A stretch of 64,000 nucleotides of DNA, from NCBI RefSeq assembly GCF_006345805.1, contig NC_042997.1, positions 146,754,001-146,818,000 on the forward strand, written 5' to 3'. Origin of the DNA: Octopus sinensis. Taxonomy: Eukaryota. The notes beneath the pieces are model-generated. The model searched no databases. It was not told the DNA's origin and saw only the letters and a program-made list of their open reading frames with translations. A program made the translations under genes and the position numbers. Positions 53,487 through 64,000 of this stretch are shown here, piece by piece; the first letter of the stretch is position 1, and every line of letters begins with the position of its first letter.

Positions 53487-56400
53487 GTTGTTGGCATCCT
53501 TTTGTCTCGGAAGACAATCGAGTTGCACATAAAATAATCCAGTCTGGTTTTTACAGTTCATGTCCTTTACATCTCCTGCTGTGGCTGTGTAGTCCTATCC
53601 TGGATAAACACTGGCAGGTGACGCAGATGTAGCGAAAACTTTGCCTGGCTGGTTGTAATGTCATAGCTCCTTGTCTTTTCTTGTCTTTCCATTGCTCCTC
53701 TCTCCCTCTGTCACTCCTTTGTATTCCCTTTTCTATGGTGCGTCGCCGATCTCCACGGTTGCTGGCAACCGCTTCCCAGTTGTTAATGTTGATGTCGCAG
53801 GCCTTTATGTCCCTTTTTTGCAGACATCCTTGTACCGTAAGAACGGTCTTCCAACAGACCAAGTGCCCCTAGTAAGCTCTCCGTAGAATATGTTCTTGGG
53901 AATTCTGTCATCTTCCATACGGCTAACATGTCCAAGCCATCTCATACGTCTTATGTGTTGAGTGCAAAGATGCTTGGTATTCCTGCTTGCTTGAGGACAT
54001 CTTTGTTGGGGACACGATCCTGCCATTTGTTGCCAAGGATTTTCCGGAGGCAGCGCAGGTGAAAGATATTTAGGCGACGCTCTTGGCGTGTGTATGGCGT
54101 CCAGGTCTCACTGCCATACAGTAGAGTGCTAAGTACACATGCCTGGTAAATCTTCATTCTTGTGGTCTTGGTCAGCTTCTTGTTCTCCCATGCCGGTTTG
54201 GAGAGTTGGGCCATCACAGCAGCTGCCTTGCCAATGCGTATATTGAGCTCGGCATCAAGGAATAGTTTGTAGGTGACGGCAAAGCCAAAATAGGTAAACT
54301 TCTCTACTTCCTGTAGTTTGTGGTCTCCAATATGTATGTTTGGGATGTCCGATGTAGCCTGACCCATGATGTTGGTCTTCTTGAGGCTGATAACTAAGGC
54401 AAAATCTCTACATGCTTGCTCAAAGCAGTTGATAAGCCTTTGCAGGGCTTCTTCTGGGTGTGATACCGGAGCAGCAGCAGCAGCAAAGAGCATCTCCTTG
54501 ATCAGGACGCTTCTGATTTTGGTCTTGGCACGCAGACGCGAGAGATTGAACAGTTTCCCGTCACTTCTACAGTGCAGAAATACTCCATCATCTGATGTCT
54601 CAAAGGCATGTGACAGCAGCAGCGAGAAGATGCTAAATAATGTAGGAGCAAGGACACAGCCTTGCTTTACCCCGTTCTTTATTTGGAAGGCGGCTGATAT
54701 TGAACCATTGTGCTGTATGGTACCTTGCATCTCATCATGAAAAGATTCGATCATCCTCAATAGCTTTGGTGGACATCCGATTCTTTGAAGCTGGATGAAG
54801 AGGCTGTTTCTACTGACCAAGTCAAAGACTTTTGTCAGATCAAGGAAGGCCATATATAATGGCATTTTCTGCTCTCTGGACTTCTCCTGAAGTTGGCATG
54901 TGGAGAACATCATGTCAGTAGTTGATCTGCTTCTTCTAAAGCCACACTTCGATTCTGGATAAAATCCGAGAAGCAAGCAGTTGTAGCCTGGACAGGATTA
55001 CGCGGGCAAAGGTCTTTCCAACAGTGCTGAGAAGAGATAATCCACGGTAATTGTTGCAATCATCACGGTCACCTTTGTTTTTGTAAAGCGTTATGATGTT
55101 AGCATCCCGCATATTCTGAGGGACTGTACCCTCTTCCCAGCACTGACACAGAAGCTCATGAAGGTGCTGAAGCAGATCGGTGTTTTTGCCGGCTTTGATG
55201 ATTTCTGAGGGGATGCCGTCTTTTCCCGGAGCCTTACAACTGGATAGGGAGTCAATAACCTTGGTGAGCTCTGCTATGGACGGCAGACTGTCAAGTTCGC
55301 ACATGGCTGACAAGATCTTGACACCCTCGATTGCAGCTACAGCGACTATGGTTTCTCGTGAGTAGAGATCCTGGTAGTACTCCACCCATCTATCCATTTG
55401 CTTGCTTTGGTCTTTGATGAGATCACCAGTAGTTGATTTCAGAGGGGGTGACTTGGTTGCGGATGGACCGAGGGCCTTCTTCAAACTGGCATACATCACA
55501 CGGGTGTCGCCACTGTCAGCAGCTGACTGGATACTCTGACAGATTTGCTGCCAATACCTGTTTGCACAGCGTCTGGCAGTCAGTTGGGTTTTACTTCTTG
55601 CCTTTCTGAGTACTTCGAGTGTCTTTATAGAAGAATCACTCTTTTATTGCATCAGAGCTGCGCGCTTTGCTTTGATCACTGGTTCCAACTCTGAGAACAC
55701 AGCACTGAACCAATCTGCCTTTCACTCATGCTGAAAGTATCTATTGATGTGGTATACAAAGCTTCTCGGATATAATTCCACCTACTTTCAGTAGAGGAGG
55801 ATGGGCAGCTACTGAGGGCAGCCTTGATAGAAACAGCAAACCGTTTCCGCAGTGTAGGGGCCGAGGTTCTGGCAGTGTTAATGCGTGGTCGGCCCATTTT
55901 CTTGGGGTGATGGACTTTTTTAGGCAGACTTCTCACCCTGCTGCTTATTAGCGAATAATCTGTGTCACAATCCGCACTGTGATAACTACGGGTCAGTTGG
56001 ACAGAATTTAGAAAAGATCGTGTGATGACGCGATCCAACTGATACCAGTGGTGAGATCTTGGATGTCACCAAGATGTCTTGGGGGATGGCTTGTTGGCAA
56101 AGAATGTGTTGGTGATGCACAGGTTATGGTATGTGCAAAATTCAAGCAGTCTCTGACCATTATCATTCATATTGCCAACGCCAAAATGTCCGGCACAAAT
56201 GGACCATGAATCATGGTCAGATCCCACGCGAGCGTTGAAATTTAGATGTTTTCGTTGGTTGGTATGTTTCTATTGACACAGTTCAGATCTTTGTAGAACT
56301 GGTCCTTGGTCCCTTCTGAGCTGTAGAGAGTGGAAGTATAGATGCTCAGTAGACTTACAGGGCCAGAAGACCTTAAGAAGCTCCTGGATAGGATACGCTC

Positions 56401-56783
56401 AGTGCCTCCTGGTGGTGGTTCTATGCTGACGATGTTCCTCTGGATCTCTTCCCTACCAAAAGAAGGTGAAGTCCTGTTCTTTTCCATCTGAGGGGAGTCT
56501 TGTCTCCTGCAGTCCAGCAATGTTTATGTTGAGCCTCTTTAGTTCGTGGTCGATGATGGTTGGTCGTCTTTCTTGTGTCTTCAACCCTGAGTGGGTCATC
56601 AGATATGCCAGGGCACATGGTCCTGACGTTCCAGCTTGTTAATCGCAGAACTGGTGGTTTCTTCTCTTTTGATTGTTTGCCTGGTGCAGAGGCTGCAGGC
56701 CGCTTTTCAAGTCAAACTCTTAGCTCCAAGCACCCAATAAAGCAGGCAGCCTGTGGCGGGTCAATACCTTATTAACCAGGGGC
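53487..56783 (-). mobile_element. Near full-length, frameshifted RTE (BovB-like) LINE with APE endonuclease and RT
   Basis: SWNVRTM, FNARVG, YHSADCDTD, KAPGKDGIP, NYRGLSLLS, CGFRRSRST, FLDLTKVFD, GVKQGCVLAPTLF, LLYGSETW, C-terminal C..C..RIGLHSH; 3' end CCGAGACAAAAGGATGCCAACAAC. Confidence 0.95.
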
Positions 56784-56935
56784 TATATATACTAGGGACT
56801 TCTTTCAGTTTCTGTCCACGAAATCCACTCACAAGGCCTTGGTCGGCCCGAGACTGTAGTCGAAGACAGTTTCCCAAGTTGCCACGCAGTCGGGCTGAAC
56901 CAAAAACTATGTGGTTGCGAAGCAAACAATATATA

Positions 56936-57823
56936 CAGAGTGTGGTGAATAAATTGTCGTCTAAATAACGCGAGATATAAAATAACACTGACATCCCATT
57001 TTAACAGATATATTTACCAAAATTACATAAGAATATCTTAAAATACTAAAGAGTAAATTTATTTTAATAAAATCGCCATTGGTTTTACCCACGAACTCCA
57101 GACGACTTCAGAATCTCCTGCAACTCTTTTGGACGGTCTCCTTGCTTAAGTTGATCAATGCTACCATAATCCTTGCCTTCAATTCATCTTTAGAGTAACA
57201 AGGAGTTTTGTTGGTCACTCGCTCAACTGTGCCCCACACATACAAATCAAGGGGGCTGCAGTCTGTGGAGTGAGGTGGCCAGGTGTTAGGGGTGATGTGG
57301 TCGCAGAAATTGTCTGACAGCCATGACTGGGTTCTCCTGTTTGTCTGGCATGGTGCAGAGTCCTTTTGCCAGACATAGGGTCTTCCAGAAGCTACCTTTT
57401 TTATCCAGGGCAGTACTACCTCTTCCAGGCGCTTTATGTAGGCCTCCGTGTTGAGTCTGAGGCCGTGTGGGAAGATGCATGGAGGCATAATGTCGCTATC
57501 ACAAGGGTTCACTCAAAACACCATGATGTTGACTGGATGCTTGATTTTTACCACTCTCGATACATGTACTCAAATTGCACTGTCCTTAAATTGACACCCA
57601 AACACTCTGAAACGTTCGTATTGGAGCTTCCATCGCGAATGTCAAGGAGTACAGCATGTCGTTTCCAAATTTCTGGCAGGGTGAATTGCGTCATGGTGGT
57701 GTTTTTCTCATTCGGTGCCCAACTGGCCCTACTATGCGGTGTAGCTGACAAAATCAAAAGCAATCAATGCGCATGCGTGATATTAAAAATATAAAATGGC
57801 GACAATTTACTCATCGCATCCTG
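56936..57823 (-). mobile_element. Internally deleted Tc1/maT-like DNA transposon
   Basis: TIRs CAGAGTGTGGTGAATAAATTGTCG / CGACAATTTACTCATCGCATCCTG with TA flanks; WQKDSAPC..WPPHSTDCSPLDLYVWG. Confidence 0.88.
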
Positions 57824-57949
57824 TATGTATATGTGTGTGTATGTGTTTATGTGTGTATTTATGTGTTATATATATATATGCTAATGTTTACATATAGACA
57901 CATGTGTGTATGTACGTATGTCTATATATATGCATATATTATTATAATT

Positions 57950-58149
57950 TATTTATTTCATCGTGTAGCCATATGACAGCCAATTTATTAGTAAATGGTG
58001 TCATGCCGAAAATGAAAAGGCAAATTCAGCAATCATCAGATATGGATGAATGGCATCAAACGGCCCGGACCACATTTTCCCATACTCGCATATTTAATGA
58101 TTGATGAGTTTGCCTCTCTATTTTCGGCATGAAACCATTTAGTAATAAA
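57950..58149. repeat. Inverted repeat (~60-bp arms); left arm duplicated near-identically at 61147-61258
   Basis: TTATTAGTAAATGGTGTCATGCCGAAAAT pairs with ATTTTCGGCATGAAACCATTTAGTAATAA. Confidence 0.8.
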
Positions 58150-58730
58150 GTGACTGTTACGAGACTATTATATACAAATAAGAGTACTTTAGTGCATACA
58201 TACACACACACAAAACAAATCAGTTTAAATCTTCGTGTGAGTGTGTGTATGCGCGCGTATATGTACATGCGCACACATTGCAACTATCTTTTTCCTCGTT
58301 TGATTTCATTGCTTAGGAAATCGAGGTAAATGACTACTAGACTATCCTCGAGCTGATGATATATTGTAAAAATATCGGAGCTCTTTGTAAATGGAACTGT
58401 TTGTAAATGCATGCATGCATACATACATACATGCATACATACATACATACATACATACATACATACATACATACATACATACATAGATGCATACATACAT
58501 ACATGCATACATACATACATACATGCATACATACATACATACATACATACATGTTTCAGCCATTTGCAGGCGGCCATGACAGAGCATCGCCATTAGTCGA
58601 ACAAATCGATCCCAGGACTTATTCTTTGTAAGCCTAGTGTTTATTCTATCGTTATCTATTGCCGATCCGTTAAGTTGCGAGGACGTAAACACACCAAAAT
58701 CGGCTGTCAGGCGACATGTCTCTGTGTGTG

Positions 58731-58781
<51 letters not shown>

Positions 58782-59032
58782 GGTGAGCTGGCAGAAACGT
58801 TAGCACGCCGGGTGAAATGCTTAGGTATATTTCGTCTGTGTTTACGTTCTGTGTTCAAATTCCGCCGAGGTCGACTTTTTCTCCTTTTGGGGTCGAAAAA
58901 TTAAGTAGCAGTTGCGTACTGGGGTCGATCTAATCGACTGGTGATTAGAGTAGAAAAGTATGTGACCTCGTGCGTACCGTTGGCGATTTTTTTCCCTGTG
59001 TCTTCCCTTCTCTGGATCTTTCCTTCTCCTAT

Positions 59033-59067
59033 GTTTCCGACGAAGAGCTCCGCTCGAAATGTTAAAC
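59033..59067 (+). ncRNA. Minimal hammerhead motif, variant core (second copy of the 27895 family)
   Basis: GTTT-CCGACGA-A-GAGC-TCC-GCTC-GAAAT-GTT-AAAC; perfect stem I GTTT/AAAC. Confidence 0.6.
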
Positions 59068-59291
59068 CCTCCTTCTTTCCTGAGCGTCCAATAATACTAT
59101 ATTTGTTCCACGTCCTCGCGTTGTTGTGTTTTTTTTGTGCTTTCTTGTTTGGATTAACTATATATATATTATATATCTTATATATATATATATATATATA
59201 ATATATATATATAATATATATATATATAGTATATATATATACATATATACATATATATACATATTACATATATAAACTATATATACTATAT

Positions 59292-59324
<33 letters not shown>

Positions 59325-59368
59325 GCATACATAAATATATATATGCATACATAAATATATATATATGC

Positions 59369-59419
<51 letters not shown>

Positions 59420-60959
59420 TATATATATATATATTATAGATATATATAAATATATATACATATATATGTACATGCTATATGGGTACAGGACGTTACCAAC
59501 AGTAAATAACATGAAATACGAGAACAAATTAGTTCAATATGCAAACAACGAAAGAAACAAATGGAAAACAGGACAAGTAACACAAAGAACGACCTTTCAT
59601 CAGTTGTCGGCTGTTTACTCCTCATTTCGAGTACTGAACGACAATATGAGTCTTCCCATAAATACCAAAATAAAATTTTGGATTTATGGAGGGTCAAAGT
59701 TGGGAACAAAAACAGGACAGTGGAGACATAGAAGTAAATCATACGAAATCAAACATGAAAGACCAGAACGAGTGTAAAATAGCGAACGCTGAATAAATAT
59801 TTTCAGAAATGTATATGTATATATATATATATACGTTTATGTATGTATGTATGTATGTATGTATGTATGTATGTATGTATGTATGTATGCTTGTATGTAT
59901 GTATGTATGTATGCATGCATGTATGTATGTATGTATGTATGTATGTATGTATGTATGTATGTATGTATGTATGTACGTATGTATGTATGTGTGTGTACCT
60001 GTGTGTGTGTATGTATGTATGTATGTATGTATCTATGTGTCAAATGCATCCAAATTGAAAATTGCGACTTAGAATCATGATCTAGGTTGTTTGGAGCTCA
60101 AAAAAATTGCTCTCCGAACAGAAATGTTGGCATTGGAATTGAAGTATTTTTAAAATATTTAAAGGGCCAAAAAAATCCCTTAGAAAGCAGAAATCCTCGA
60201 TGTAGATCTACATGTTCAAATTTCATTTTTAAAATATTGACTCTTCCATAGACAAGAATAGGAAAGTAATTCTATTATGTTATAGGGCTTTTGAAATTTC
60301 GGAAAATATTTATCACATAACCCCATCCCCCATCTTAGTGTTATGGGGGAAAATGTGAAAGAATATTATATTTCTCTTTATAAGCGTTAGATATACTCAT
60401 CTAAGGGTTTCTACTGCTCCTCGCAAATTACTACATAGCAATCATTCATATCTCCGAATATTCTGCATCTCTGTCTGACTCAGCTCAAGATGATATATAC
60501 ATCGAGTATAGGGCAAATGGCGGAAACAGTTCGTTATATTGATATTGATTTAAACGAGACAAGATTTATTTTAAGAGTGTTTTCATAAATTTTTCTGATA
60601 ACAATGGAAAGATACTTAAAACACGATGGGAGTAATTTTGGATCATCTAGTAAAAGATGAAATATCACTACAAAATTGTTGATGATAATGCTGCGCTTAC
60701 AGCTGGCTCTTATAATGATGTTCAACTGAGATAATGGGGAAAATTATTTTTTTTAAAGCAATAGTCATTCTCTCGATTTGCATAGATGGCAATTGTACAA
60801 TCCAGTTGCTTTATTTCTGTTGTTTTTTTTCCCCTCTTGTTGGCCAATCTGTTGGAAAGAGCTTATAGATACTACGTTAATTGTTGTCATATTTGAATCT
60901 GAAATTTGATGGAATTTCCAAACGGAAACTGTGATGCCAGTTAATTAAAACATTGATAT

Positions 60960-61143
60960 AATAGAGAAACTTTTGCAAAGATGGGTTGTTTATCAAAATC
61001 GGACGATAAGGTAGTTTTTGAATCAAAATTTAACTTATAATTTTGGGGGTTTGCTCATATTTTCGAATAACATACTTATCGGATTGACCGTGTTCAAAAG
61101 AAAATCGAAGATCATAACACAAACCTTCGTAATGCTGTCTGCG
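60960..61143 (+). pseudogene. Possible PIF/Harbinger transposase remnant
   Basis: SYFRIT / IDRVQKKIEDHNTNLRNAVC resembles Harbinger YFRM..V...I....T..R.AI. Confidence 0.35.
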
Positions 61144-61286
61144 TTTTATTTATTTCATCGTGTAGCCATATGACAGCCAATTTATTAGTAAATGGTGTCA
61201 TGCCGAAAATGAAAAGACAAATTCAGCAATCATCAGATATGGATGAATGGAATCAAACGTTTTTAAAAACGGTATTGGATCATTAA

Positions 61287-61416
61287 CCCTTTGAGTCTTG
61301 GCCTTCTGAGTCTTATTTTACCATATACCTGGCACTCCACCGGTGCTATGGCGTAAAGCGGTGCTACGGTATAGAGAAGCCAACCACTGATAAACCGGTG
61401 TTACAGGTTCAAAGGG
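61287..61416. mobile_element. piggyBac-type MITE (130 bp) with TTAA TSD
   Basis: TTAA-CCCTTTGA ... TCAAAGGG-TTAA. Confidence 0.8.
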
Positions 61417-62333
61417 TTAATCAATGATCACCTGAAGCAAAGCTGAAATTATTTGATAAATCAAACATTCAAGTCATAATTCTCCGCATTTAATAACTAG
61501 CAGTGTGATTTTATTCTCTGAGATAGTTTGGTGTTGAACGAAACTTTCCGCCAGACCTTTAATCATATATTCAAATAAAATCCTCTTGCAACTCTTCTGA
61601 GTATAACAGAAGTTCTAGTAAAGCTTTGTTGTAAAAGAAATGAGATTTCGGCTATTAATTGTGCTTATTAAAATTCATAGTCTTCGTATACAAATTTGAA
61701 GACAAGAAGACTATATACACAAATGAATTAGATATCGGTATTTGACAATTAATATATAAACAAGAATAGAAAATAAACAGAGATGTGCAAAAATGTATGC
61801 GAGGTCTAAATAAATATTTCCAAATTGTATTTGATAAGCAACGTTATCTCGATAGCGTCGATGATTAGTTATCCATCAACATTATGAAATAATATTTAGT
61901 ATCAAAACGTGTATAATATAGATTAGGGATCCAGTTAATTTACTTTGTAAAAAATAACAAATATGCACATATATATATACGTACATATATACATCTATTA
62001 CAAGCATGTATATATGTTTGTATGTATGTATGTATGTGTATGTATGTATATATATTTATACAAAATTTAGAGGACTGACCACTAAAATAAATGGACAGCC
62101 TATATGCTAGATATAGACGTCAAAAATATGCTAGGCCACTGGTTTTAATTGATTAATATCGATTTCTACCCTTATTTAATTTTACATATATATTCCAAAA
62201 TAGAGAGAAAGAAAAATGCATGCTTTTTCGTTCACTATTCAACATGCTTATAACTTGTCGGACAAACGAAAAAAGAGGACTCAACACATTTGTAACTCGC
62301 AATATGTGTGCGTGCATGTGTGTGTGTGTGTGT

Positions 62334-62399
<66 letters not shown>

Positions 62400-62449
62400 G
62401 AGATGTTTCAAAGATTTAACAAAAGCACAGCAAATATATATATATATTG

Positions 62450-62888
62450 CTTGGGTTCTGAGTTTATTCCCACTGTGTGGCACCTTAGGCAGGTGTCTTC
62501 TACTATAGCCTCGGGGTGATCAAAGCCTTTTGAGTGGATTTGGTAGACGGAAGCGGAAAGAAGCCATCGTATATGTATATATATAATATATATATATATT
62601 ATATCTATATATATATATATATATACGATGGCTTTTTTTTTGTGTGTGTTGTGTGCGCGCGCGTGTTTGTGTATGTTTGTGTGTCTGGTGTTGTCCCCAC
62701 CAGCATCGCTTGACAACCGATGTTGGTATGGTTATACGTCCCCGTAACTTAGCGGTTCGGCAAAAGAGACCGATAGAATAAGTACTAGGCTTACAACGAA
62801 TGTGTCCTGGGGTCGATTTGTTCGATTAAATGCGGTGTTCCATCATGGCCGCAGTCAAATGACTGAAAACACAAAAAGAATAAAAGAA
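62450..62888 (+). mobile_element. Family-A SINE, 5' eroded
   Basis: GTGGCACCTTAGGCAGGTGTCTTC..CATGGCCGCAGTCAAATGACTGAAA. Confidence 0.8.
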
Positions 62889-63105
62889 TATATATATGTA
62901 TATGATATATATGTATGTATATATATGTATATATATATATATATATATATCTATATATATTATACTATATATAAATATACAACAATATTATATATATATA
63001 TCATGTTATATATATACAATATATATATACACATATATACATATATATATATACATATATATATATACATATATATATAACGTATTTATACATATATATA
63101 TATAC

Positions 63106-63136
<31 letters not shown>

Positions 63137-63214
63137 CATATATACATTATATAACATACATATATATACATACATACATATATACATATATATACATACA
63201 TTATATATACATAC

Positions 63215-63246
<32 letters not shown>

Positions 63247-63284
63247 TAATACATCATACTACATATATATATTATATATATATA

Positions 63285-63329
<45 letters not shown>

Positions 63330-63336
63330 ATACATC

Positions 63337-63920
63337 TCTACACACAACCCACTCAACAATGAGGCCTTCAACACCATACTACAAAGCACAGCCCTACTAA
63401 AGGGAGACCCAAAGATGAACCGGATCCTCGAACACACACCATCATTAAAATTTAAACGGCAACCAAAATCCTTGAAAAGGATTTTAACCCAAGCTACACT
63501 GCACTCAACTCAACCACAAAACCAGCAGTTAGAAAATGTGGAAGGCCCAACTGCGGAATCTGTGTCATCTTGAAAGAAGGATCAGAATTTATACTGGAAC
63601 AAGGCCACCAGTTCACCATTAGAACAAACTTCACCTGCGCATCAGAAAACTTAATTTACGTCATAACATGCGCAGGCTGCAATAGGCAGTATATAGGCCA
63701 TACAAAATAGCTTACGTAACAGGATGGCGGTGCATAAATCACAAATTAGAAACCCTGATTACCGCAAAATACCGGTCAGCGGACACATAGATAGATGTGC
63801 TGGAAATGTAAATCCGAAATTTACAACTAACCCGCTCTATAAATTCATGACAACGCAACCTTTACACAACGCCAAAATAAAGAACTATATTCATAAAAAA
63901 ATTTAGACCAAGTTTAACAC
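63337..63920 (+). pseudogene. Penelope-like element linker and GIY-YIG endonuclease, starting at a (TA)n array
   Basis: THNPLN..KRQPKSLKRIL..KCGRPNCGIC..FTCASENLIYVITCAGCNRQYIGHT..RMAVHKSQIR..VSGHIDRC; frameshifted. Confidence 0.92.
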
Positions 63921-64000
63921 CCTGGGCCAGGAATACTAAAACAAAAGATAAGTCCTCCGAAAGGGAGAAGCGGGTTCCACCACGGCCGCGCTTCAAACAG

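Overview
Repeat-saturated, AT-rich animal (metazoan) DNA with no host protein-coding gene I can support. The microsatellite density ((TA)n, (CA)n, (TAGA)n, (TACA)n, (AAT)n) and the SINE families point to a cephalopod, probably Octopus; this is an inference. Almost all ORFs in the supplied track are microsatellite or SINE read-through artefacts. The real coding remnants are all transposon fossils: Tigger/pogo, mariner, Tc1/maT-like, possibly Harbinger, a near full-length RTE LINE, CR1/L2-type and R4/Dong-type LINE fragments, and four Penelope-like (PLE) RT or GIY-YIG fragments. The most notable signal is at least eight minimal type I hammerhead-ribozyme motifs from several unrelated sequence families. 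They sit in short non-coding elements embedded in (TA)n, often inside long fold-back palindromes and twice next to PLE RT fragments. The window also has about 15 unrelated fold-back palindromes, some of which copy neighbouring SINE or microsatellite DNA. Two ~1 kb duplications (680-3060 and around the N-gap at 43863-43962) are probably assembly artefacts. All coordinates and pairings were read by eye.
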